A DNA stretch of 63,828 bases, the filler included, from Octopus bimaculoides (lineage: Eukaryota): the NCBI RefSeq assembly GCF_001194135.2. It is 3 parts of 2 records of this genome, joined end to end, with 100 filler letters (N's around TTAATTAATTAA, not from the genome) between each part and the next. Parts side by side here need not be neighbours in the genome. Positions count along the whole stretch, not along the records: positions 21,539 to 40,178 come from NC_069005.1; positions 40,279 to 63,828 come from NC_068994.1; 1 more part is not named here. One strand, given 5' to 3'. The position numbers were made by a program, and so were the translations under genes. This document shows, one piece after another, positions 35,190-47,820 of this stretch. Position 1 is the first letter of the stretch. Each line of letters begins with the position of its first letter. Under the pieces are notes generated by a model. It was not told the DNA's origin. It did not search any database and was given only the letters and a program-made list of their open reading frames with translations.

Positions 35190-36500
35190 GAGACCTCCTT
35201 CGGTCATAACTGACCATGGGATTGCATCTAGAAAGTTACCCTCCCAGGCACAAGGTTGTTTATGGAAGACCAGCAGTCGCCCATGCATACCGGCCTCCCC
35301 TCTCCACTCCACCAGTGTTATCCAAGGGAAAGGCAAAGGGGCCGATACAGCTTGGCACCACTGAAGTTGCAACTCATTTCTACAGGTTAGTGAATTGGAG
35401 CAACGTAAAATAAAGTGTCTTGCTCAAGAACGCAACACNNNNNNNNNNNNNNNNNNNNNNNNNNNNNNNNNNNNNNNNNNNNNNNNNNNNNNNNNNNNNN
35501 NNNNNNNNNNNNNNNNNNNNNNNNNNNNNNNNNNNNNNNNNNNNNNNNNNNNNNNNNNNNNNNNNNNNAGAATATATTCTCAATGCCCTTAGTGTAAAAA
35601 CACCCAAAAGGAAGTCACATCCAAGTGAGATAACTCACATCAAATCCCTTTTTTTTTTCTTCGGAGTGACAGAGAATGTTTCATCATTGTTTTCACTTGT
35701 CAATGCCACATACGAAAGAGGGTCTGCTGAGCTGCCTAACTAGCTATGGAAATCCTCTTAGCCCCTTGTGGAGCATAAGGCTGGTTTCCCAATTTCCATG
35801 GCATATGTGTTCCCCCCTAGCTGGACGGGACGCCGGTCCATAGCAGCTTTTTACTCAAGAAACAGGAAGAAATAGTGAGAGAAAGTTGGGGCGAAAGAGT
35901 ACAACAGGGGTCGCCACCACCTCCTGTCGGAGCCTCTTGGAGCTTTAGGTGTTTTAGCTCAATAAACACACACAACACCCGGTCTGGGAATCAAAACTGT
36001 GATCCTCCGACCGCATGTCCGCTGCCCTAACCACCGGGCCATTGCGCATCCACTAACTGGCTACGACTATATGCTAAATGGTTTAAGAACCATCTACTTG
36101 CATGTTCCAACATGTCATGTCACAGAAAAAATTCAAATATAAATTAGAAGCAGCTCGAGCTATATAAATTAAGTCATACACACATACCCTCGTGTATGCG
36201 TGTATGACTTTACGATAATAACAAAATAATAATAATAATGAAATTAACGTGTATAGTGCTCAGGTGTATTACAACTTATCAAAGGTGCATGTGTTGTTGT
36301 TGGCACTCCGTCGCTTACGACGTCGAGGGTTCCAGTAGATCCAATCAACGGAACAGCCTGCTCATGAAATTAACGTGCAAGTGGCTGAGCACTCCACAGA
36401 CACGTGTACCCTTAACGTAGTTCTCGGGGATATTCAGCGTGACACAGTGTGACAAGGCTGACCGCGAGTCCGCTGCCCTAACCACTGGGCCATTGCGTCT
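35190..36500 (-). mobile_element. Cluster of SINE family C-related elements
   Basis: Two heads gcgcaatggccc(g/a)gtggttagggcagcggac(a/t)(t/c)gcggtc at about 36005-36050 and 36465-36500 with different bodies; third fragment at 35190-35438. Confidence 0.75.
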
Positions 36501-36589
36501 GCAAAGGTGCATGTATAGCACATCGAATTATGTACAAATTTCAGGAAAGTGTACAGTGTATGAGTCATGATATACATGGGGGCAGGGAT

Positions 36590-36900
36590 ATCAGGTGTAG
36601 TGTTGGCGAATTTCAGCAAGCATGGAGGTTTTAAAGGATGTAATGTCTAGGCATCTAACAACTGATGCAGGTAGTTTGTACCATGCTTTGTACATAGTTT
36701 GTACATATGAACAACTCTGAGAGTGAAAAAATGTTTCCGGAAGTCATGGACGTTGTGCTATTTTCTGACTTTGTAAGCATGCCCACATGTGTTAGACACA
36801 TGGAGTTCAAAAAGGCACTCAAAGTGGTTGTTGGCACCATGGTTAATAATTTTGCGTGTGTTTACGAAGTCAGTTTGTTTATATATATACATAAATTCAA
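36590..36900 (-). mobile_element. CR1-clade LINE 3' fragment
   Basis: SNTCGHAYKVRK*HNVHDFRKHFFTLRVV..AWYKLPASVVRCLDITSFK, the canonical CR1 C-terminus. Confidence 0.75.
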
Positions 36901-37534
36901 GTAATAAGGGTGGAAAATTGAATATTAATTTGATTAATATCAATTTATAACCAGTGGCCTAGCAAATTGAAAAATCTGAAGATTCAGAAAAATTATATTA
37001 CATACATATAAGAGGGATGACCACTAAGTGGACATCCATTATGCTAGAAGAAGACCACCTATGGTTTGACCACTAAGAAAAGATTGTTCTCAAGAAAATT
37101 CAGCAAGCGCCAGAACTGAAGAACCAGTGGAAAATTGGATGTTTTCCATCCCTTTAAAGGAAACTGTTTTTCCTTGGATTGAATATATATATATATATGA
37201 AATATTCAAACACTGAGATTTGAAGTTAGATGTCACTACTGTTCATATCATCTGTGGATAAATTCAAAATTTGATGATATCACCAGTAGTAGCATTGGTG
37301 ATAGCTTATGATAGCTTTAAGGAGCTATGAAATATCGTAATGATGCTTAATGAGCATCTACCTGCTAGAAATAAGAGCCAAGTCTTAAATAATCCACCGT
37401 AGCGCACCAATATAACAGAGAAAAACAGTATGCGAGGAAAACAGACCGAATTAAAACATTTAACAACACAAATAAAAATATTATGCAATTACGGATATCC
37501 ACAAACCAGGTTTCTGCTTTATATATATATATTC

Positions 37535-37641
37535 ACCATGATAGATTGCTAGCCACTACACATTCTTTATTTTCTCTCCTTGTTTCTTTCTGTGTTCCTT
37601 TCTGTGGAAGAGCGTAGGCTCGAAAGATTAAGGACTTTTTC
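37535..37641 (+). mobile_element. pLTR-like repeat with hammerhead motif, copy 3 (truncated by gap)
   Basis: CTGTGGA-A-GAGC-GTAG-GCTC-GAAA at 37602-37625. Confidence 0.6.
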
Positions 37642-37882
37642 NNNNNNNNNNNNNNNNNNNNNNNNNNNNNNNNNNNNNNNNNNNNNNNNNNNNNNNNNNN
37701 NNNNNNNNNNNNNNNNNNNNNNNNNNNNNNNNNNNNNNNNNNNNNNNNNNNNNNNNNNNNNNNNNNNNNNNNNNNNNNNNNNNNNNNNNNNNNNNNNNNN
37801 NNNNNNNNNNNNNNNNNNNNNNNNNNNNNNNNNNNNNNNNNNNNNNNNNNNNNNNNNNNNNNNNNNNNNNNNNNNNNNNNNN

Positions 37883-37917
<35 letters not shown>

Positions 37918-39639
37918 TATGCAACAGGCTTCTTTCAGATTCTGTCTACCAAATCCAATCATAAGACTATAGTAGATGACACCCAACGTGCCATGCAGTG
38001 GGACTGAACCTAGAGCCATGTGGTTGGGAAGCAAGCTTCTTACCACACAGCCAGACCTGCACTATGCATAGGTAATGTAATGGTTTAAAAACATTTTAAT
38101 TAAATTTTCTAGGGTGGATTTGTTTTTTTGTCTTCTGTTGTTTACTTGTTTCAGTTTTTGTCTTCTACTATAGCCACAGGCCAACCAAAGACTTCAGTTG
38201 ATTTGATAGACTGAAAAAACTGAAAGAACATGGATCAAGCATACATATATAAAACTGCATACATATATAAAACTACATACACCTGTATAGTTATAGCCAT
38301 GTGTACACACATACACACACACACACACACACGTCATGTGTATATTTAAGACAGATATTCACTGACACCCACCCCTCACCACACATAAGTAAATAACTCT
38401 CCTGATAAGTAAAAAAAACAATTACTTTATCTAAATCTTGATCCTTCTCTTTAATTTGTCACTGACTATGCGGTACTGTCTCATTTGTGACATGCCTAGA
38501 AACTGTCGGCAGCACACCTAAAATCCACTAGGGGCACATCGCTTGCTCTTCTTCACTACTTCTCCCTCTCACTCCGTGGACCCTTTCTTGCCCATGTATG
38601 CATGAAAGGTAACCTCTCTGCAGCCTACCAACTGCCAACCCACCATCCACCCTTCTGGCACCTTGAGAAGGTGATGTGATCAATCATAAACATTCACATT
38701 CTTCATCAGCTTATATCACCCCCACCCATTTCCTGGTAACCACCCTGCATATATGATGTCATGGATGATTATGTATTATCTTATAATGATACATAACTTA
38801 AGGGTGTGTATGATTAAGGCATATGACTTTAGATATGCTGATTGGCATGTCACTAATGAGTTATGACAATGATTTCTTAGAAACATAAATTGCGAATAGT
38901 AACACATATTAACCCTTTCATTACCTTATTTATTTTGAGATGCTCTGTGTTTCTTTCGATTAATTTTAAATATAACAAAGAATTTAGTAAAATAACTTAG
39001 TTATCATTCAGCTAATGTTAGGAACATGAATTGTGACTAAGGTTTGGTGGAAAGTTTTAATTCAGAACTTTTGAAAACATGACATTTGTACTACAGAGCC
39101 AGAGACAGTTTCAGCTGGGTTGGTATCAAAAGGGTTAAGAGATTTATTCTGGGAATCTTTCTAATTTTAGCACAAGACCAGTAATTTTACAGTAAGGGAG
39201 CTAGTCAGCCACTTCAACCCCAGTTCTCCAGTGGTACTTATTTTATCAACCCTGAAAGGCTGAAGGGTTAGGTTGACCTTTGTGGCTTTTGAACTTGGAA
39301 TGTAAGCACAGAAGAAACGAAGCAAAGAATTTTGTCTGGTGTGCTAATCATCATTGCCATAAACTCGCTGCCATAAACCTACACATATATATGACATGGA
39401 GATGTTATAGATTAAGGCAACATGACTTGAGATAGGTGTTGTAAGACCGAGAGATTTAACATGTGGGTGCAAGGAACAAGGTGAAGAGAGATTAAGCTGA
39501 CATGACTAAAGACAAATATCATAAATGAGAGACTTTACTTGTAAGAAAAGTAAAGGTAAATTACAGTAGATGCAAGATATTTTGTGGGTGGGAGTAAGCT
39601 GCGACTAACTAGTCACTCAATGCACTGACCTGAACTGGA

Positions 39640-40178
39640 AGCATCCATATTAGTCTTGTAGAACCTATTTTGTAAGAAGAGGAAAATGTTGTCACATTTA
39701 CATCGACAACATGACAGCAGATACTGGCCAGAAATAATACCCAGCACCTGTACCAGTGGAGCACAAAGAGCACCGTCCGAGCAAGATCGTTACCAGTGCC
39801 AATGGACTGGACCATATGCAGGTGACACGTAAAATACACCATTTCGAGCGTGGCCATTGATTGTTACCAGTGGCACGTGAAAAGACATTCAAGCGAGATC
39901 GTTGCCAATGCCGCTGGACTGGCTCCTGTGCAGGTGGCATGTAAAATACACCATTTCGAGCGTGGCCATCGCCAGTACCGCCTGACTGGCCCTCGTGCCA
40001 GTGGCACGTAAAAGCACCCACTACACTCTCAGAGTGGTTGGCATCAGGAAGGGCATCCAGCTGTAGAAACTCTGCCAAATCAGATTGGAGCCTGGTGTCG
40101 CCTCCTGGTCTACCAGTCCTCAGTCAAATCGTCCAACCCATGCTAGCATGGAAAGCGGACGTTAAATGACGACGACGA
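39640..40178 (+). mobile_element. Interspersed retroposon with internal tandem duplication and (GAC)n tail
   Basis: Duplicated blocks 39780-39853 and 39893-39967; 3' end matches 1-88; related diverged piece at 22880-23010 (-). Confidence 0.7.
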
Positions 40179-40278
40179 NNNNNNNNNNNNNNNNNNNNNN
40201 NNNNNNNNNNNNNNNNNNNNNNTTAATTAATTAANNNNNNNNNNNNNNNNNNNNNNNNNNNNNNNNNNNNNNNNNNNN
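40179..40278. other. Artificial scaffold-join spacer
   Basis: N44-TTAATTAATTAA-N44. Confidence 0.92.
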
Positions 40279-40794
40279 TATATATATATATATATATATT
40301 TATATACATATATACTTATATAGGCATATGTACATGTGTGTGTGTGGATGCATGAATGTATTAGTCCTTGTATGCGATTTCAAGAGATAAAGAAAGCAAT
40401 CTTATATACGCACATATTTATTATTTGCTAAGTGAACCTGACTTATTTCCTGCGAGATTATGGACAGTCTACTAGCGAATAAATATATTTCTTCTAATTA
40501 TGTAAATTATGTATGTAAGCTACTTTATATGCCTGTATAGATATTTGCACGTATGCATGCATGTATGTATGTATGTATGTATGTATGTATGTATGAATGA
40601 ATCTATGTATGCATGTATGTACATGTATATATGTATGCATTCGTATAAATATGTATGTGTCTATTTGGATGTGTCTATATGTATCTATATCTATATGTTT
40701 CTATCTATCTATCTATCTATCTATTTGTTTGCCTGTCTGCTGTCTGTTTGTCTATCTGCCTGTCTGCCTGTCTGCCTGTCTATCTAATTATATA

Positions 40795-41004
40795 TTCTTT
40801 TACTTCTTTCAGTCATTTGACTGTGGTCATGCTCGAGCACCGCCTTTAGTCGAGCAAATCCACCCTGGGACTTATTCTTTGTAAGCCTAGTACATATTCT
40901 ATCTGTCGCTTTTTGCCGAACCGCGAAATGACGGAGACATAAACAGACAAGCATCGGTTGTCAAGTAATGCTAGGGGGACAAACACAGACACACAAACAC
41001 ACAT

Positions 41005-41077
<73 letters not shown>

Positions 41078-41172
41078 TACGACGGGCTTCTTTCAGTTTC
41101 CGTCTACCAAATTCACTCACAAGGCTTTGGTCGGCTCGAGGCTATAGTAGAAGACACTTGCACAAGGTGCAA
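40795..41172 (-). mobile_element. SINE family A
   Basis: Reverse complement of 24540-24945, 5' end partly missing. Confidence 0.9.
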
Positions 41173-42034
41173 CACAGTTAAAAATACTAGGGTGTATTTG
41201 ATCTACTAAATTTTGTATGTGGTGCCCCAGCATGACCACAATCCATTGATTAAAAGATTTTAAATATAAACGTACAAAATCTATACGAGCCATAACATCA
41301 TCTATGAATGTTAAATTACTTGTTCATTATTTGTCCTTTTTTATTAGTTTTGCCTAAAAAATGTTGCATGCTTAATTATCATTGAAATTTACATAATTAT
41401 TAATTATTCATTTTAACTACAAATTAATCAGTAGATGACAGCGCATATACGATATAACTATTTACTATTATACTTTTATTTATTTATTGGTTGTGTTTAC
41501 TATGATTTTCATAGTTAATTACCATGGCCTTCTCCATAACTAATTAACTAAACTAACGCTAGAGATTTCTTCATTAGTAGTCATAAACCACTGAAATAAG
41601 ACACGTGATACGGCATACGTCGGACTAAAGTTAGCCCTATAAATTTTAAAATCTGTTTATCAGTAGCGAGAATTTTCGTCAGATTATGTTAGAAATAGAA
41701 TATAATGCCGTTAAAAGACTCTAGTCTCTATAAAATTAAGAGAATTTCCTTTGGGTTAATATATTAGAAAGAGCAATTAAAATATCCGTTCAACGACTAA
41801 GTGTTCTATTTAAAATGTGGCATCACTAGTGTAGCGTTTTTCGGCACAAACTGAACAATATGAGTGAGTTTAAATCAATCGAATCAACATAGTGCAAGGC
41901 ACTTTCTTTACTTTATTGAACCTAGATAGAAGCAAGACTAAGTTAATCACAACATGATTTGCAATCTGAAATTGGATAGACAAAATGAATCCCAAAAGTT
42001 ATAAAAGATATATATATATATATATATATATATA

Positions 42035-42994
42035 CTAGCAGCTAAGCCCGGTTTCACCCGGTCAGAGAACGACGCGAAGAGAGAAACGAAGACATAAAAA
42101 AGAGGAAGAAGTGGATACGAAGTGGTGTTTGGGTGACGGATCTTGGTAGAAAAAAAATGTCATGGTGAGTTAGTAAGGAGAGCAAAGCAAGACTTACGTG
42201 GTCTGGCAGGACGATAAAAAAATTGTGCAGTTGAATTGGAGCAGTTCATGTGCTGGTTGTTCTGAGGGTTCCCCCTTTTGTCAGATTTGTCATGGGCCGG
42301 CCGGTCTATCTCAGATACATTGGAAGCTGGATTGAATTTTTCATTAACGCAGGGGAGGTGAAATAAATTTTTTCAATGTTCACGGGAAGCCACATCACAA
42401 AAAAGGTTGAGAAATGCTGATATATAACGATGGTTTTTATTTAGGCACATCGTAAAAGTAATTATAATGAATTGCTTAATATAAAGAAAAGTATGTTTTT
42501 TCAAGCAAATACAGTTAGAAAAAATATTTACCATTTTAAGTCATGACTAAAAACAAAGCTCATCAATTTTGGAATGAAATAATAATTTTATTCATTTATT
42601 CCAAGTTATAAATTTTGCCCAAGAAATAAAGCAAATAATCACCAAATGCATTGTTAAAAATCTGCAACTCGATGGCAAATATCCAAATTGATTAGAAATG
42701 CATAAACTTAATAATAACAATGTTTTTGAGATTCCGGTTCGAATGACATGAGTGTTTTTGTTTCAATTTTGACACGTAATACTTAAATAGTGGAGGAGAT
42801 ATGATGTTGCTGTGGGCTGAAAGTTTACAAAAATGAACAATTTTTTTTGACTGAAACACAACCTAAGTAAGGTCTGTGTAAAATTGAATGAAATTGGTTG
42901 TGTAGTTCTGGAGATTTAGGGATTCACACACACACATACACACACAGACATACAAACATTCATTCTCAATTTTATATATATATATATATATATA
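42035..42994 (-). mobile_element. Non-autonomous Helitron-like element
   Basis: Minus-strand 3' end ccgggtgaaaccgggcttagctgCTAG|T. The 5' end has (TA)n-aaaattgagaatgaatgtttgtatgtctg(tg)n, the same architecture as 26845-27638. Confidence 0.65.
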
Positions 42995-43067
42995 ACATAA
43001 AGGTGTCAGATCTTGTCTACACGTGGTTGGAGATATTTAAGAAAGAAAAATATATAAAAACGTACAG

Positions 43068-44725
43068 GTGGTTTGTATAATAAAATTTATGCCAATATCA
43101 AGATCATAATGAAACAGAGTCGTATTACATTATATATACTGCGAGTGCCGGTTTCGCGTCGTACGCTTATCAAACTGCCAAGGTCTTGCATTTTAGCAAG
43201 TTTTGTCGTTGACGATAATTTTTTGTAGTCAAAGGGATGTAACTCTTCAAACTATCTGAAAATTACAAGTTACTTTCAAAAATATTGTTACGTTCTTTGG
43301 ACTGATATTCACAAATTTGTGAGATATATAACAATTTTTAGGAGTTAATTACAAAGATTTCAAGGGTGAAGAGAAGAAATGATTGTTTTTTTTTTAATGT
43401 TCTAGTGGTGGTTGGTTATTACTAAAATGAATTAATGTTCAGTTCTGGTTTATATTTCTGGATGAATGAGGGTTCTTTTCAATTTATTACTTAAAATAAA
43501 TTTTCGGACGCACAAGTGAAATCTGATTTCATTGTAAAGGTTTTCCCTTGTTTGAAATGGTATTCTGACCCTTCCAAATGTTTGGGGCATGTTCCACTGT
43601 TGGAGCAATTACATTGTACATGGTTGTAGTTCGGAGAAACTTTGCATTTGTTAGTATTTTCTTTAGTGGCAAGGGCTGTTTGTTGCTTTTGACTATTTTA
43701 AGGTAACTTAGAATTCTTTTCAGTTTAGGGTCCTTATTTTGTATTGGTAGATTTTGCCTGTTTGTGTTGAATGCTTCTTTGTTTCTAGGGTTGTATGTTG
43801 ATATGTCGGGTAATGTTTTAAGAGTAGGTCTGTTGTTGTCTTTAGTTTTTCTTAGTGCTTCAGTATTGATGGATTTCGCACGTTTTTTTTTTTATCCCTT
43901 CGATTATAAGTTGGATTGGGTAGTGCCGTTCGAGGAGTATGTTTTTGAGTTCTAGTAATCTTAAATCCGTGGTATTTTTCTCCGAAACGATGTTGCAGAT
44001 CCTTCTTGCAAGATTGAAGGGGATGTTTGTTTTCGTACGTCTCGGGTGACAAGAGCTAAAAAGAAGGTATGCCTTGGCATCTGTCGTTAGGCATAATCCA
44101 AACTAAATCCCCTTTTCTCTGGTGGGTGGTTGTAGAGTGTCGGTTGTTTGTGTGTGTGTGTTTGTGTAGGCTGCCAGAAAGATTATGTCGCAAGTACAGG
44201 AAGTTCTATCCGCCACCGCTGTACGGTGCACCGACAAAAATAGCTTCACCACAATATCGCTAGATATATCGCAGCGAACATATTAACGTATATTCTGAAA
44301 CATTACAGCCACAATTCTATATATTCCTTTTGTACAAATTTGCTGACTGGACTTTTACACAAAATCGTCTTAATAAAGAAGCCTCTTTCATCCAGAAATA
44401 TAAACCAGAACTGAACATTAATTCATTTTAGTAACAAACAACACCTACTACAGCAGAAGAACAATCAGTTCTTCGCCCCGCCCTTGAAATATCAGTCCAA
44501 AGACACTAATAATACTTTGAAAGTAACTTGTAATTTTCAGATAAATTGAAGAGTTACACAGCAAATTGTTGTCAACAACAAAAATAGCTGAAATCAAAGA
44601 CCTTGGCAGTTTGATAAGCGTAAGACGCGAAACCGGTACTCCCAGTTTATTATACAATGTTGCAATATAACTCTTTTTTTCATTATGATCCTAATATTAG
44701 CATAAATTTTACTATACAAACCTCT
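43068..44725. mobile_element. Penelope-like element with inverted terminal duplication (tails pointing outward)
   Basis: Minus-strand coding remnants (TNIPFNLARRICNIVSEK.., FIQKYKPELNINSF*). 43068-43480 is the diverged reverse complement of about 44370-44725. Confidence 0.85.
44603..44645 (+). ncRNA. Candidate minimal type I hammerhead ribozyme, U3-A8 core variant
   Basis: TTGGCAG-T-TTGATAA-GCGT-AAG-ACGC-GAAA-CCGG-TA-CTCCCAG; second copy on - at 43139-43181. Confidence 0.5.
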
Positions 44726-45237
44726 TATGCATTTTTACATATTTTTGTTTCTTATATATATATATATATATATATATAGGTAGGTAGATAGATAGATAGA
44801 TAGATAGACAGACAGCTAGATACATACATATATGTATTATGTATATACATTTTGTGATACATAAATGATTCTAGAAGTGTATTTATGAAGAAACAATTAT
44901 TGCCGTGGTGAACCTTCTCTGTATAAAAATACACGTACATTCGAAAGTATATGTATATGTGTGTACATATGAGAGTATATTGCCGCTAATTTCTATATGA
45001 ATAGGTGTTAAACGTTGCCTGCAGTCGCTCTATAAACAAACAACATCGTCACCCATCATCACCTGCAGCTGGATGAAGCAATGCACTAGATGACCGAATT
45101 GTGTTTACACATATATTATTACATGCTTTTCGTTGTAATTGGACTGAACTGCAGCAAGAAAGCAGCGAAGGAATTGGTTTGGATGCCTTTCTTTTGTTGT
45201 GTTGCTACTGCTGGGCCAAATGTTAGTCATGCTACTA

Positions 45238-45281
<44 letters not shown>

Positions 45282-45539
45282 CACTACTACTAGTACTACT
45301 ACTACTACTTATGCCATTTGAACAGTATTTCTCTAAGATTTCATCAATATATATCCATTTTTTTTTAAGTTAAGAGAGAAAAATCGGATCTTGTGAATTT
45401 TCCGAAAGTATTCACCCTATCCCCACCTCACGTTCGTTTCCACAATTTTTTTTCGTATTCGTTTTCTAAATAGTTTTTAACACATAACAGGCTAGTTTTG
45501 TTTGGTTTTCGTTAACGGGAGTCAATCTTTGTATTAACC

Positions 45540-47820
45540 GAATTGCTTGGGAAACAAATACAAAATAATTATAGTATTACTGGTAAGAGTGCTATCAGGA
45601 AAGTCAATCGTGTGGCTAACAAAATTATGGAGAAATATGAGTTACAGTTCAAAACTGAACCTCTTGACCCTAAACAACCTCGTTTTATTAAAAAAAAGAA
45701 CACAAACCAAATTTTCTTTAATAACACAACCGTACGACTTATTTGTGCTTCTAGCTGTGATATCGGTGTATTTAGTAAAATATTCTAGATAAATATATTC
45801 CTTTAGTTGAAAAATTAAAGCTTAATATATGGTCTGATTCGTTCCATGTGGTTGACCGGTTTAATTCTATTAATAACAAGAAGTGCACAAAGTTTATCCA
45901 CTTCGACGTTTCTTGTTTCAATTCTTCTGTTAATCCAATTGTACTTAACAAAGCACTCTGGTTTGCACACAACGAAGTAGATCTCACCTGGGATGAAATC
46001 GATGTGGAGTTAGCTGCCAGAAAAATCAATCGCTAAATTTGAAAATAAGCTATGGGTCCGTAAAGATACACCTGACAGTTTTGATGTCGCGATGGGAAGT
46101 TCTGACTCAGCACAACTGGCTGATTTCGTCAGTATATATATCCTTTATGAGATATGGAGGTATACCTCGTGATCATTGTCTACTCTACCATCAAAATATT
46201 TCTAATCAAAAATTACCAAGGATTAAAAATAAGCTGGTTAAATTCTTCTGGAATATGGACTTAAACATTATTTTCGATGATGATATAACTAAATCCAATT
46301 TTTTGGATATTACTCTTAACTTCTATAATGATTCATATTCCGCATACCATAAACCTTGAACTTATTTAAAATATATAATATTTTTCCGTAATCATCCGAA
46401 GATTATTACAAGAAACTTAGACTTCCTAGACTATCTTCTAATGTTTATATTTTTAGCGATAAGGCCGAAATTGATAACTCTGCCTTACTTAAAGCAGGTT
46501 ATAAAGAATAAATTACGTGTATTAATCCTATTGACACTAATTCTGCCTCTATTAATCTAGACATGAAAACAAAATATAACGGTAATAACAATATAAATTT
46601 TAATTCGAATGACAACGATAAAACGAAAAATGTAATTTTGCAGTGTAAGGGAGATAACCGTTCTTTAATATCCTTTATACGTAATAAAAATAAGTGTAGG
46701 AATTTTAAAGATAATTATTCAAATAACAACGTGGGTTCTATTAAAACAATTTAGTTGAGCATTCTATTTGGTAAACAGATCAAATACAACCTTCTGTATC
46801 AGTTTCGTGAAGCAATAGACAAGAATTTTCCAAAAAAATTGCACATACCTTTTCATTATCAATTCACACCAAATTAAGATAGATTTTTCAAACACCACAA
46901 ATATTTCCCAAATCATTCCTTCGCATAACACAGAAGCTGTTAAATACAAATCTATTTAATGAAAATAACAACAGTGATATTACTAACGATGAACATTCTT
47001 TGAACAATAATAACAGTAATATTGATATTTCTGATATAAATTCGAATCGAATTCATTTCCTTAGAAGTAATTCTAAGATTAGAAGATCTCTTTATCAACG
47101 TAAAACTGATTCCGTTTCTGACTTTTTTTTTATATAGGTAGTTATTCGTCTCAGTTGTCGAAACATATCAATAAATGCAACAATACTGGGGTTATTAATT
47201 CAGATTCTATTGGAGCACAATCAATTCGGTTTGGAATGGAAAATTCTATCTAAATCCTTCCCATATGACAAAAGTAACTCTTTGTCCGCTCTGGAACGAA
47301 GAGCAATTTTTCATCCTTTTCTCGAAGAATACTGTGTTAACACATTTAAAGAACGCGTTTATCTTTGTAAACATTGGGAAAAACATACCTTTAGGTAATG
47401 TCTACTAATCTATAAAATTCATCCTTTAAATGTGTTCTTACAATTCATTTCCTCTACATATATATATATTTCCTCGCTTTTAAGCTTTATTCCAATTCAT
47501 CTATCACTCTAAATTTTCCACACCTGATTTTCTGTTAATTTCTTTCTTTCTTATCCTTTTCTTTCGCTAAATTACATTTGACGTTAAATCTATTAACGAT
47601 TTTTTAAAAGATAACACGGTAGCATTCTCGTTACATCATATATTTACGTACGAGATAATCACGTTCGGTTAAAATGGCTTATTGGTGTGTTTTCTTCCTT
47701 TTTTCCCTAATGAGATGATTGTATTCTTTTATATCATTTTTGTTCCCTCTGGAATAATCTGAATGCTTTTTTGTCGAAACATATGTTGCAAGTATAAATG
47801 ATTTCAATAACTCCTGCGTT
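45540..47820 (+). mobile_element. Penelope-like element, degenerate
   Basis: PQPRFIKK..TVRLI, FIHFDV..FNSSV, FDVAMGSSDSAQLADFVSIYI, SNFLDITLNF..YHKP, FGLEWKIL. A GAAACATATGTT hammerhead-like remnant lies at 47776-47787. Confidence 0.85.

Noticed and set aside
35990-36500. tRNA-like sequences with A and B boxes
   Set aside because: SINE heads without a complete cloverleaf; no genuine tRNA or rRNA gene found.
39780-39970. Repeat-spacer-like blocks that could suggest CRISPR
   Set aside because: Only two long diverged units inside a eukaryotic retroposon; no cas genes.
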